NCBI GenBank assembly: GCA_965263035.1
Contig: OZ253580.1
Span: forward strand, 3,424,001 to 3,488,000
Source of the DNA: Acidobacteriota bacterium
Lineage (GTDB): Bacteria > Acidobacteriota > UBA6911 > RPQK01 > JAJDTT01
Length of the DNA: 64,000 bases
Direction of reading: 5' to 3'
Part shown: positions 30,187-40,708 of the stretch, one piece after another
How the letters are laid out: each line of letters opens with the position of its first letter
How positions within the stretch are numbered: position 1 is the first letter of the stretch
The notes under the pieces: generated by a model
Told to the model about the DNA's origin: nothing
What the model saw: the letters and a program-made list of their open reading frames with translations, nothing else
The model's database searches: none
Translations under genes and position numbers: made by a program

Positions 30187-30246
30187 TGTATACAAAAATA
30201 TATATAGTTGTAAAGTATTGACGTTATGTCGGTGGCGTATCATAAT
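30187..30246 (+). promoter_or_regulatory. Sigma70 promoter (probably leaderless) with upstream TGTATACA palindrome
   Basis: TTGACG (30218-23), 17 bp, CATAAT (30241-46), ATG at 30254; TGTATACA at 30187-94 in an AT-rich tract. Confidence 0.7.
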
Positions 30247-30253
30247 CCCAACT

Positions 30254-33200
30254 ATGCTCAGGAAACGCCGGGGCGCTCGCAACCGGCAGCAGAAGAGAAA
30301 GCGAGTTCCACCGAAGTCTGAGAGAAGGCCACCGGGCGGCCGCAAGACCAGCCCTCAGGTCGCTTCGGAGAAACGGTCGCCGGAGCGAAGGTCCAAGAGT
30401 TTCCACCTGGGACTGGCGGTCCTCGGAGCCGTTCTGGCAGTCGGGGCCCTCTATTTTTTCAAAGATCGAAGTGAGCCCTTCCCCGGCGGGATCTGGTCAC
30501 GGGAGTACACGATCCCTCCCAGGAATCTTCCGCTGGGCGACGTCGAGAAAGCCTTGAGGAAAGTTCCGGAAGGGGCTGACGAATGGGATTCCGAAGAGGT
30601 GGACGTCGAAATCGAGAACAGGCTCGAGGAGTTCGCCAGTGCGCTCAAGGGTGAATCGGGTGCCGATTCTTTTCCGCCCGGGCTGCTCAGCTCCGACTTC
30701 ATGGGGACACCGCTGGAGCCGGCGGCCACCCGGAAGGTCAAGGCTGAAGAGGGATTGGAGATCTTCCGAGGCGATCCGGACAGCGAGGAGCGAGTCACCG
30801 CCGCGACGTTTCCCTCAGAGATCGGAAAGCTACTGCAGGCGGCGGAAAAGATCGAAGATGTGAAATTCAAGGTGACGAGGATCGAATCGCCCCGGCTCCC
30901 GGGATCGACCGTCGTCAGCGACGTCATCTACACCATTCTGGGTCAAGGCAAGGATGGCGAATCCTTGCAGTGGAAGGGGGACTGGCGGCTCAACTGGCAA
31001 AAGGACCACGTGGGCCGTTGGAAACTCTCGCGGCTGAAAGTGCTGTCCACGTCGCGGGGACGGAGTGTTCGAGACGCCTTCACGGAGGTCACGCAGCGGG
31101 CGCTGGGGAAGAACAGCTCCTACCGGCAACAACTGCTGCTGGGAGTCGAGTATTGGCAGGGAATCCTCGACTATGTCGCCGGAATGGATATCTATGGTCA
31201 CAACGGCGTCTCGATTGCCGATATCGACGACGACGGCGATGAGGATTTCCATGTCTCTCAGCCGGCAGGCCTACCCAATCTGCTGTTTCGCAACCAGGGA
31301 GACGGCACCTTTCTGGACGTCACCGAAAAGGCGGGAGTCGACGTCCTGGACAATACGGCCTCCAGTTATTTTGCCGACGTGGACAACGACGGCGATCCGG
31401 ACCTGATCCTCGTTGGAACCCGGTCTCTGCTGTTTCACAACGACGGTTCGGGCCGGTTCAGTCTGGTCTCCGATTCCGGGTTCGAGGCGATAGATGACAC
31501 CCAAGGCGGCAAAGTATCGGCCGCCGTGGCCGACTACGACCTGGACGGACATCTGGACGTTTATATCTGCTCATACGCCTTCTGGCGGGGGCAGGAAGAA
31601 TTGGGCAATTATCCCTTTCCATACCATGACGCCAACAATGGCGCTCCCAACATCCTCTTGCGGAACCAGGGGAACGGGTCGTTCCGAGACGTCACCCGGC
31701 GATCCGGAATGAACCGGAACAATCTGCGTTACAGCTTTGCCGCGGCTTGGGGGGATTACGACGGCGACCGGTATCCGGACCTGTACGTCGCCAACGACTT
31801 CGGCCGTAACAACCTCTATCGGAACAACGGTGACGGCACCTTTACGGATGTGGCTCGAGAGGCGGGAGTGGAGGATATCGGAGCGGGGATGAGCGCGGCT
31901 TGGGAGGATTATGACAACGACGGCCGCCTGGACCTCTACGTCGGGAACATGTGGTCGTCGGCGGGTCAGCGGATCACCTCACTACAGCAGTTTCAGACCC
32001 AGCGGCCGCAAGCGGAGATCCAGAGCTATCGACGCCATGCCAAGGGCAACTCCTTGTTCGCGAATCGAGGTGACGGAACGTTTGAGGAAGTTGGCGCACA
32101 AGCGGATGTCGAGTTGGGCCGGTGGGCCTGGAGCAGCGATTTCTTCGACTTCGACAATGACGGCCATGAAGACCTGTACGTCGTGAACGGCTTCATCACC
32201 AACGAAGACACGAAGGATCTCTGAAGCTTCCTCTGGCGGCAGGTCGTGTCGCAATCGCCATCGGAAGCCGCAGTTGCTTCCGCCCCGCCTGGAGCGCGCA
32301 TCGGCTCCGATTACCGGAACGGATGGGATGCGGTGAACCTGCTGATCCGGCAAGGTGGATCTCTGAGTTCACGCGAGACCAACAATTTCTATATCAACTG
32401 CGGCGACGGAACTTTTGCCGACGCCTCGGGCATCACGGGACTGGACTTCCCCGAAGACGGGCGAGCCTTCGCCGTCGGCGATCTCGACCAGGACGGCGAC
32501 CTGGATCTCATTCTGAAGAATCGAAATTCGCCGCAGCTCAGGCTGTTGCGGAATCAGGCCGGGAGTGGCTACAACGCGGCCAGTTTCGATCTCAGGGGCA
32601 CGCGCAGCAACCGGGACGCGGTGGGAGCGAAAATCACCATCGAGACCGATGCGGGTTCCAGGTCGAAATTCGTCAAGATCGGATCGGGTTTCCTGTCGCA
32701 GAGCTCCCGCCGGGTCTGGTTCGGCCTCGGGAACCAACCGGGGATCCGGCGGGTCAAGATCGAATGGCCCAGCGGGGAAGTCCAGACCTTTCGGGATCTT
32801 CCGGTAAACCACCGGATTGTGATCGTCGAAGGGGTGGACAGGACGGAAACCATTCCTTTTCGGTCTCCCCAACAGGACGACGACAGGCCGGACGACGCGA
32901 GGGAAGCGCCGGTTGGTGATCCTCCCCCGTACAGCGGAACCTGGCTGCTGGAAAAACTTGCCGCCCCCAAGTTCCGGTTGCCGAGCGTGAATGGAAGGCA
33001 TCATGACCTGGCCAGGTACAAGGGCCGCCGGTTGTTGTTGAACTTCTGGGCGACCTGGTGCCCGCCGTGCCGGGAAGAGCTGCGCGACCTGCGATCCCAT
33101 CGGGAGGATCTGGAAGACCTCGGCGCCACGATTCTGGCGATCTCCGTCGATGATCCTTCAGACCACGCGAAGGTACGAGAGTATGCCCGGCAGGAAGAGC

Positions 33201-34336
33201 TTCCGTTCCCGATCCTGCTTGCCGACGACGGCGTCATCGCTGCGTATAACCTGGTCAATCGCTTCCTTTTTGAAAAGATACGCGACTTGGCCGTACCCAC
33301 TTCGATGCTTCTGGATCGGGACGGGAACATCATCAAGATCTACCGGGGCAGAGTTCCCGCTCGGCAGATCATTCGGGACCTTCAGGACACCCCTCGATCT
33401 GAAGAAGAGCTGGTCCGGGCGGCCTTTCCGTTTCCCGGTCAAACCTTCGGCATGGAATTCGTGCGAGACTACACTTTGATTGCGGATGCGTTCCGAAGGG
33501 CCGGACTCGACGACCAGGCGGCGGTTTACTACCAGCACCAGCTCCTGGACCAGGGCCACGACACGCCCCAATCGTGGAACAGCCTTGGGCTCCTCTATGA
33601 ACGTGATGGTAGGTTGGACCAGGCTCGTGAGGCCTACGAAAAGGCCCTCCGTCTGAATCCCGACTACGCGGACAGCCACAACAATCTCGGCGCAATTCAC
33701 TTGAGAACGGGGGAGATCGACAAGGCCATAGACAGCTACCGAACCGCCGGCCGACTGGCTCCCTGGTCAGCCGATGTCCAGAACAACCTCGGACATGTGC
33801 TGCTGGAAAAAGGTCTGCGCGCTGAGGCCGTACGTGCGTACCAGCGGGCCCATGAAATCGACGGTCAGGCTCCTCAGCCCCTGGTCAACCTCGGCAACGC
33901 CTATCTTCAGATGAAGCGCTTTCAAGAAGCGATCTCGGCATACGGCAAGGTCTTGCAGATGCGGCCGGATTCCGCGGACGTCCACCACAACTTGGGTTTC
34001 GCATTTTTGGAGTCAGGGCGGCTCGACGACGCTTTGACGTCGTTCGACAGTGCGCTTCGGCTTCGGCCTCAATACGCAAGTGCCTATAACAACAAGGGGA
34101 CGGTCTTCTTGCGAAAGGGCAGGTTTGAAGAGGCGGGACGTGCGTTCAAGGGGGCGATCCAGGTCGACTCCGATTTCAGGCCCGCCTACATCAACCTTTC
34201 CATGACGCACCTTCGAGCAAACGAAATTGAAAAAGCCGTGGACGTGCTCCGCCGGCTGCTCAAGGTGAATCCGGACGATCCGATGGCGCTGGACCTGTTG
34301 GCACAGATCGAGCAAGTGAAGTCGTCGGCGCCGTAG
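30254..34336 (+). CDS. Membrane-anchored CRTAC1/ASPIC-UnbV + thioredoxin-like (CPPC) + TPR protein with in-frame TGA; candidate selenoprotein (~1360 aa)
   Basis: ORFs 30218-32224 and 32246-34336 share a frame: ...NEDTKDL-TGA-SFLWRQVVSQSP. FG-GAP repeats continue on both sides, followed by the ASPIC domain, LLNFWATWCPPCREEL and TPRs. SECIS-like hairpin follows the TGA. Confidence 0.75.
32225..32268 (+). promoter_or_regulatory. Candidate bacterial SECIS element
   Basis: GCTTCC(32226-31)/GGAAGC(32263-68), TGGCG(32234-38)/CGCCA(32256-60); alternative apical stem GCGGCA/TGTCGC with loop GGTCG; GCAGGTC at +15 from the TGA. Confidence 0.65.
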
Positions 34337-34389
34337 AAAGGAATCCGGCGGAGCCGGTCAAATCCTGCGGACTCTTCCGATCTCGCGGG

Positions 34390-34776
34390 CTAACGCGATT
34401 CGTCGTGGGTCTCGAACTCGGCCGGCATGGTGATCTCCAGGACCTGCCAGTCGTCGGAGTATTCCAGCACCTCATGTTTGATCCCGGGCGGCTGGTACCA
34501 GACGTCGCCCGCCTCCACGCGAATCTCGCCGATATCTTCGAAGTAGAGCAGCGCCCAGCCCTTGATCAGGTAGACCATCTGGAATTCCAGATCGTGTGAG
34601 TGGTAGCCCATGGGGCCCCCGCACGGTTGCTCGGCCCGAATGACGTGCGCCAGCACCCTGCCTTCGGTGGCATCCTTGATTCCCAGGTCCCGGTAGGCGA
34701 AATAGGGCCGCAGGTCCTTGCCCCACCGGGCATCCTTTGCATGCGCCGCAAATGATTGGGTCCGCTTGTCAGTCAT
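34390..34776 (-). CDS. Cupin domain protein
   Basis: YRDLGIKDATEGRV, HSHDLEFQMVY..KGW, QPPGIKH; AAGGAG RBS. Confidence 0.88.
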   Translation of the reverse strand: MTDKRTQSFAAHAKDARWGKDLRPYFAYRDLGIKDATEGRVLAHVIRAEQPCGGPMGYHSHDLEFQMVYLIKGWALLYFEDIGEIRVEAGDVWYQPPGIKHEVLEYSDDWQVLEITMPAEFETHDESR

Positions 34777-34910
34777 GGAACAACTCCTTTTTCGGTATCG
34801 TCAGCCGATTCTACGAGGCGCCGATGCTGGCTGCAAGTTCCCAAGTTCTTGAAATACAGTGACTTCTATCGCCTCAGCAGGCTCCATATTCAGGCGCGCT
34901 TTGGGATCCC

Positions 34911-35981
34911 TTACGAGCCCGGGACCACTCGTTCCGCACGGCCGCCGGCCGCCGACCGGTAGGCCGCCTCCAGCAACTCGACGGTGCGGGCGGAGATCTC
35001 TCCCGGCGACCAGTTCTCCCGGCTCCGGCCGAGGATCAGATCGATGAACCGATTGGGCGGACCGTCACAGGCGTAGTCCCCCTCGCCCAACTCGACCTCC
35101 AACTCGAAATTGTCGCCGTCGTCGCGGTGGATGGTCAGGTGCTCATGAAAGAGATCGAGACTCAACTCCCCCTCGCTGCCGTAGATGCGAATGTCCATCT
35201 CGTGCTTGGGTTTGCTGGAAGGCTGGGTGCCGGCGGCGGAAATGGTCGCTATGGAGCCATTGTCGAATTTCGCCACGATCGCGTCGTACATCTCGACCGG
35301 CGCGCCGGCTCCACTCATGTAGGCGAACACTTCACTGCCGCGCAGTCCCGTGAGCCAGAACAGGATCGCCACGCTGTGAGACAACTGGGAGTATCCCTGC
35401 CCGCCGCCGGCGAGATCGGGATCGCTGTAGAAGGCTTCGGGGTCGGGGATTTTTTCCATGGGATAGGGCCATTTCTGTCCCATGTAGAGCGCCCGCAGGG
35501 CCGAGCCCATGTGGCACACGACGTACTCGACTTCGCCGACCGCTCCCTGATCCATCCTTTCTTTGGCGGCGGCGACCATGCGGTTGTAGTGCCAGCCGGT
35601 GGGAATGGAGAGCACCAACCCGTTCGCGTTTGCCGTTTCCACCAGGTCCCAGGCCTCGGCAGCCCGCAGCGTCAAAGGCTTCTCCACCAGGACATGCCGG
35701 CCCGACTCGAGGCTGGCCTTGGATTGCTCGTAGTGAAATCCGTGAGGCGAGGCGATCACCACCGCGTCGATGGGCTGTTCGAGCAGTTCGCGATAGTCGG
35801 AAGTAGCGTAAGGAAATCCGAATTTCTCCACCGCAAGGTCCCGCGATTCCTTCGTGGGCGTGGCGACCCCCGCCAACACCACGTCGTCGCAGGCCTGCAG
35901 CACCGGCATGTGATTCGTCTGGGCCCAGTTTCCCGCGCCGATGAAACCCACTCGGACTTTTTGTCCCGTCTCCAATGTCAT
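34911..35981 (-). CDS. Gfo/Idh/MocA family oxidoreductase
   Basis: VGFIGAG, DAVVIASP..HY, HVLVEKP, AAYRSA; start ATG35981. Confidence 0.92.
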   Translation of the reverse strand: MTLETGQKVRVGFIGAGNWAQTNHMPVLQACDDVVLAGVATPTKESRDLAVEKFGFPYATSDYRELLEQPIDAVVIASPHGFHYEQSKASLESGRHVLVEKPLTLRAAEAWDLVETANANGLVLSIPTGWHYNRMVAAAKERMDQGAVGEVEYVVCHMGSALRALYMGQKWPYPMEKIPDPEAFYSDPDLAGGGQGYSQLSHSVAILFWLTGLRGSEVFAYMSGAGAPVEMYDAIVAKFDNGSIATISAAGTQPSSKPKHEMDIRIYGSEGELSLDLFHEHLTIHRDDGDNFELEVELGEGDYACDGPPNRFIDLILGRSRENWSPGEISARTVELLEAAYRSAAGGRAERVVPGS

Positions 35982-35996
35982 GGTCTTTTGCCTTTC

Positions 35997-36112
35997 GGAG
36001 GGGCGATTTCCCAATCGCCCATTCTTCATGCGCCCGTTCCTTATATTTCCGTGGGAGGTCGGCGGTTAGAAACCGCCGCTCCGCGGTTCGGCGACTGGAA
36101 GTCGCCGCTCCT
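35997..36112. repeat. GGAG-type REP-like cluster
   Basis: GGAGGGGCGATTTCCCAATCGCCC plus inverted CGGCGGTTAGAAACCGCCGCTCC and CGGCGACTGGAAGTCGCCGCTCCT. Confidence 0.8.
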
Positions 36113-37626
36113 CACCGGGGCTCATGGCGGAGGACGGCCGGCCGAAGTCCCGGAATATCCTCCTGTGCCGGGAAATAGGGCCCCTTGAGCTCCGTGAACC
36201 GAACATGGCGCAAAACCGCCGGGGTCGGTCCCGGCGTATCCAGCACCAGTGCCTCCTTGAATTTCCCCGCATAGCCGACGCGGTAGTTCATGGGATTCTT
36301 TACCACGATGAACTTGGCGTTTCGAGTGTCCATTCCCATGGACCGATACTGCTCGTCCGCCCAATCGTAGGTCGGGTACGAGCAGATCAGCACTTCGACC
36401 GAGCCGATCCGGAGCCGCACCGAAGGTCCCATGTTGGCGACCTGGCCTCCCCAGATGCCGCCCGAATAGACGAACTTTCCGTCGGTCAGCCGCTCGATCC
36501 GTCCGGTCACCGACAGTGGCCAGCCCCAGCGCGGATCCACTTTGTGACCCAGCGTCAGGTCGATTTCCGTACCGGCTCCTGCCTGATGGCATCTGGCCGC
36601 GGCTTCCGGATCGACGACAGGAACCAGGGCGGGCTGGGGAACGGAGCTCTCCAAGAGGGCTCTCAACGTGGCCACGCTGTCCCCGGCGGCGCCTCCGCCG
36701 ACGGAATCCGCAGTTTCCAGCAGCAGGATGGGTCCTCCCTCCAACTCCAGGCCATGGGCAATCGCCTCGCGCGGAGTCCAAACTTGGGGTTCCAGGTCGA
36801 ATCTGCGCTGCCAGTACATCTCGGCGATCCGCGTGGACAACTCGACGGCCTTCGAGACGTCGCCGTCGGTGATGACCAGGCCGCCTCCCCCCATGCCGGG
36901 AAGATCGAGATAAGGCTGGACCAGAAAAGTGCTCGTGGACAGCACGCCGGGCCGCTGCTCCATGGCCTTGGCGAAACGCATGACGTCGGCGAAGGGAGCC
37001 GAACCTTCCGTAGAGCCCATGAACCCGCCCACGATGACCGGCACCTTGGCCATGGCCATGGCCGGCCGGACCCTCCCGTCGAGGATATCGAGCAACATCC
37101 GGGCTCCCCGGACTCCGGTCGTGTACGTGTCCCGGTGGGGATAGGTCTCCCAGGCGAGCAGTGCGTCGGTGCATTCGACCATCTGCTCGCTGACGTGGGC
37201 GTGCAGATCGAGCGTCCCGACGATGGGGACCTCGGGTCCCACCTCGTTACGCACGGCCTCCACGAGATCCCCTTCCAGGTCGCCGATCTCCTCGACTGCG
37301 GAGCCTCCGTGCAAGGGGAGCAGCACTCCGTCCACCGGCATGGAATCACGCAACCATTGCAGAAGCTCCGTCTTCAGCGTCAGGTAGCAGTCCCGGCTCA
37401 GGATACCCCCGGGAACGGCCGTGGCCACCAGGAGCGGCACAATGTCCGCGCCACGATCCCTCAAACTGGCCAGCATTCCCCCGACGACGCCGTCCGTCGA
37501 CTCCAAAACCTGTTGCCCCCGGCGCAGCTCCGTCCGTTCGAAGCAGGCTAGTTCGGTGAACGAACCGACCAGATGATTGGACTCCGTAAAGATCGTGCCG
37601 ACGGCGATTCGATACGGTTGGCTCAT
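36112..37626 (-). CDS. M81 family metallopeptidase (MlrC-like)
   Basis: ESN, LHG, DLEGD, TLDLHAH, YPHRD, DSVGGGAAGDS; start ATG37626 (MSQPYRIAV). Confidence 0.9.
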   Translation of the reverse strand: MSQPYRIAVGTIFTESNHLVGSFTELACFERTELRRGQQVLESTDGVVGGMLASLRDRGADIVPLLVATAVPGGILSRDCYLTLKTELLQWLRDSMPVDGVLLPLHGGSAVEEIGDLEGDLVEAVRNEVGPEVPIVGTLDLHAHVSEQMVECTDALLAWETYPHRDTYTTGVRGARMLLDILDGRVRPAMAMAKVPVIVGGFMGSTEGSAPFADVMRFAKAMEQRPGVLSTSTFLVQPYLDLPGMGGGGLVITDGDVSKAVELSTRIAEMYWQRRFDLEPQVWTPREAIAHGLELEGGPILLLETADSVGGGAAGDSVATLRALLESSVPQPALVPVVDPEAAARCHQAGAGTEIDLTLGHKVDPRWGWPLSVTGRIERLTDGKFVYSGGIWGGQVANMGPSVRLRIGSVEVLICSYPTYDWADEQYRSMGMDTRNAKFIVVKNPMNYRVGYAGKFKEALVLDTPGPTPAVLRHVRFTELKGPYFPAQEDIPGLRPAVLRHEPR

Positions 37627-37667
37627 TTCTCGAGATCCGCTCCGGGAGGCGTGAGGTCTGGACGTCT

Positions 37668-37738
37668 GGGAGCGGGGGTTTCCAACCCCCCCGAACAAGT
37701 AAACCAGAAGCAGAGGTCGACTGGAAAGTCCCTCTCCT
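37668..37738. repeat. GGAG-type REP-like doublet
   Basis: GGGAGCGGGGGTTTCCAACCCCCCG resembles the reverse complement of the RAYT-flanking REP; degenerate inverted partner ends CTCCT. Confidence 0.7.
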
Positions 37739-37856
37739 GCGGGCTCCGAAAATTTTCTCGAGAACGTGCCTGTCCCCTTCCAGCCCGCATTTGAGAGGTA
37801 CATGCTTGATATAGTCAGAATTCAAGGTTATTCCAAAAGTCAGCAAGGAGATTCCC

Positions 37857-38573
37857 GTGACTGTTGTTGTGATCATTTCAGACAATATTGAATGGAACGC
37901 CGTCAGGAGAATGTTTCCCGAAGCTGCCCCCCAAGAATCTCCTTATGGACAATGGTTTGAGACGCATCTTGACATTAATGATGACCGGCAGTCAGTCATA
38001 TTTGTTCACGGTGGATGGGGCAAGATTTCGGCGGCAGCATCAGCGCAATATGCGATTGATCGATGGTCTCCAAATCTGGTGGTGAATCTGGGCACTTGTG
38101 GTGGATTTGAAGGAGAAGTCGAAAAGTATGCAGTGATGCTGGTTGAGCGGACGGTTGTATATGACATTATCGAGCAGATGGTGGATGCCGAGGAAGCGAT
38201 CAGAGACTATACGACGGAGATCGATCTTTCGTGGTTACGTGAGCCATATCCCCATCCTGTGATGAGAACCGTTCTCGTATCGGCAGACCGCGACCTAATG
38301 GCAGAAGAAATTTCAGACCTGAAGTCCAAATACGGTGCAGTGGCAGGAGATTGGGAATCGGGTGCAATTGCCTGGGTAGCAAACCGAAATAGGGTCCGAT
38401 GTCTCATTTTGCGTGGTGTTTCGGATTTGGTGGGTGATGGAGGCGGCGAAGCTTATGCGGGCAATGTGCAGATTTATGTAGAAAATACGGAGCAGATTAT
38501 GAACGATCTGATTCTGCACCTTCCCAAGTGGATCGTATTCGGACGGCAAAAGCCGGACCAGTGCATAAGTTGA
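37857..38573 (+). CDS. 5'-methylthioadenosine/SAH nucleosidase (PNP/UDP phosphorylase) family protein; lower GC
   Basis: GWGKISAA, NLGTCGG, DWESGAIA, LRGVSD; AAGGAG RBS. Confidence 0.85.
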   Translation: MTVVVIISDNIEWNAVRRMFPEAAPQESPYGQWFETHLDINDDRQSVIFVHGGWGKISAAASAQYAIDRWSPNLVVNLGTCGGFEGEVEKYAVMLVERTVVYDIIEQMVDAEEAIRDYTTEIDLSWLREPYPHPVMRTVLVSADRDLMAEEISDLKSKYGAVAGDWESGAIAWVANRNRVRCLILRGVSDLVGDGGGEAYAGNVQIYVENTEQIMNDLILHLPKWIVFGRQKPDQCIS

Positions 38574-38743
38574 CAACCGGGTCATAATCGGGTGACGAGG
38601 CACGATTGTAGACGGCCACCTCATCTACCATCCCACCAAGCCGGGTATGCTCGAGCCTGACAAGCAGACGATCCGGCGTTGATCCTGAAGTTGACGCCAC
38701 TCCAGACGACTGCGCCCGGTTGCGGTAGAATGGAGGCCTTAAG

Positions 38744-40345
38744 ATGAAGCAGGCGACATCGGCAATTCGTTTCCTGGCCTTCACACTGTCCTTCCTGGCT
38801 TTCCTGTCGCACTCGGTCGCCCAGTCTCAGGAAGAGCAGATCGATCCCTATGCACAGTGGCTGAAGGAGGACGTCTTCTACATCATCACCGACGATGAGA
38901 AGAACGTCTTCCAAAAGCTGACGACGGCCGTCGAGAAAGAGAACTTCATCGAGCAATTCTGGCGGCGAAGAGATTCGGACCGCTCTACGAACGAGAACGA
39001 GTTCAAGGAAGAGCACTATCGGCGCATCGCGTACGCCAACGAGAAGTTCCGGTACGCCGGAATTTCCGGGTGGGTGACGGATCGGGGCCGCGTCTACATC
39101 ATTTTCGGTGAGCCCCAGAGCCGCGAGCGATACTCGTCGGGATCCATGTATTTCCGGCCCCTGACCGAGGGTGGCGGGAGGACTCGAACCTATCCCTACG
39201 AGAGGTGGCATTACAACCACCTGCCGGGAATCGGTCAGGGAATCGATCTGGAATTCGTGGATCGGTCCCAGACCGGCGACTACAAGTTGGCCCTGCGTCC
39301 CGAAGAAAAGGACGCCCTGCTGATGGTGCCGGCAGGCGGTTGGACGTTCTACGAAATGATCGGTGCGGAGACCCGGCCCGGGCGGCTCATCACCAGGGAT
39401 CTGATGCGAACTTCAGGGTTCGACGGGGAAGGACATCACCGCACGTCATCGAATCCCTTTCGGATGCTGGAAACCTATTTTCAGGTCCAGAGGCCTCCCA
39501 CGATCAAGTTCGAGGATCTCCGGTCCGCGGTCCTGACTCGGATCACGTACGATGAGCTTGCCGTGCAGGTGATCGATTCCTACCAGGTGTTGAACGAGAA
39601 GACCTTCCTGGTGCCGGTGACCGTCGTCGTTCCAGGGGCGCAGTTGGCCTACGAGGACCTGGCTGACGGGACGCGCCGCGCCACGGTTGAGCTGTACGGG
39701 TCCATCACCGCATTGGGTGGCCGGATGGTCCACGAGTTCGAGGAATCGATCTACCGGGACCTGACGAGTGAACGGGACCGCGTTGCTCGTGACGTCTATT
39801 TCCAGAAGAAGCTTCCCCTCCCTCCCGGGCTCTACAAACTCAACGTCATCGTCCGCGATCACGAGAGTGGCCGGATGGGAGCGATCCAACGGCGGTTGGG
39901 CCTTCCCATGAAGGTGGCCAGTGAGTTGAATCTCTCTTCTCTGACCTTGGCCGATTACATCGTCCCGGCAAAGGGGGAAACGCTCTCTGCGCCTTTCGTC
40001 ACGCCGCTCGGCTGGAAGGTCTACCCGTCTATGAACGGAGAGTTTCAGCCCGGAGATCCGCTGGGAACCTATTTCGAGATCTACGGTTACGCCGTCGACG
40101 GCAGCACCCAGGCTCCGGATCTGGGTATTCGCACAAGGATCTGGGACCGGAAAGGCAAGGCGATTCTCGACTCTCCGGGACAGAATCAGGTCGTTCCCTT
40201 CTCCGACCGGGTTCTGGTCGCTCAGGTCTTCGACCTCAAGTCGCTGGAACCGGGCGATTATCGGTTGGAGATCAAGGTCGAGGATCGGATCGGCGGCGCG
40301 GCCGCGGCCGGGGAGGCCCTCTTCCAGGTCAAGGCTCCGCAATAG
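38744..40345 (+). CDS. GWxTD domain-containing exported protein
   Basis: WLKEDVFYIITDDEK, FIEQFWRRRD, EHYRRIAYAN, GWVTDRGRVYIIFGEP; TAGAAT and GGAGG upstream. Confidence 0.92.
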   Translation: MKQATSAIRFLAFTLSFLAFLSHSVAQSQEEQIDPYAQWLKEDVFYIITDDEKNVFQKLTTAVEKENFIEQFWRRRDSDRSTNENEFKEEHYRRIAYANEKFRYAGISGWVTDRGRVYIIFGEPQSRERYSSGSMYFRPLTEGGGRTRTYPYERWHYNHLPGIGQGIDLEFVDRSQTGDYKLALRPEEKDALLMVPAGGWTFYEMIGAETRPGRLITRDLMRTSGFDGEGHHRTSSNPFRMLETYFQVQRPPTIKFEDLRSAVLTRITYDELAVQVIDSYQVLNEKTFLVPVTVVVPGAQLAYEDLADGTRRATVELYGSITALGGRMVHEFEESIYRDLTSERDRVARDVYFQKKLPLPPGLYKLNVIVRDHESGRMGAIQRRLGLPMKVASELNLSSLTLADYIVPAKGETLSAPFVTPLGWKVYPSMNGEFQPGDPLGTYFEIYGYAVDGSTQAPDLGIRTRIWDRKGKAILDSPGQNQVVPFSDRVLVAQVFDLKSLEPGDYRLEIKVEDRIGGAAAAGEALFQVKAPQ

Positions 40346-40396
40346 TCATCGATTCACCTGGATTTCCGACGGCCAGGCATTGCCGGGGCGTCGGCA

Positions 40397-40708
40397 TCAA
40401 TCCATGTGGAAGACTTCTTCCCAGGGTTCTGCCTGCTGGGCTTGGATGCTGCCAACGAAATAATCTGCCATGTACGTGTTCCAGCGCTTGACGACGTCCT
40501 TCTCCGATAGCTCACGTGCGGTTGCCGCGTAATCCTCGGTTTCGAGGTAGATGATCACAGCATTTCCTCGGACGAAACAACTGTGGTTCCTGATTCCGGC
40601 TCTGGTCCCCGCCTCGATCAACTCAGGCCAGACCTGCTGGTGGGCCTCCTTGTAGCCCTGAACCATGTCCGGTTTCAGTCTCGCGATGTAAACGATACGT
40701 TCCATCAT
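40397..40708 (-). CDS. rhaM: L-rhamnose mutarotase family protein
   Basis: YKEAHQQVWPEL, GIRNHSCF, RWNTYM, EEVFHMD. Confidence 0.8.
   Translation of the reverse strand: MMERIVYIARLKPDMVQGYKEAHQQVWPELIEAGTRAGIRNHSCFVRGNAVIIYLETEDYAATARELSEKDVVKRWNTYMADYFVGSIQAQQAEPWEEVFHMD

Noticed and set aside
32246-34336. Independent gene starting at GTG32246
   Set aside because: It starts mid-propeller with no RBS or signal peptide and is in frame with the upstream ORF. Readthrough, or less likely a nonsense pseudogene, fits better.
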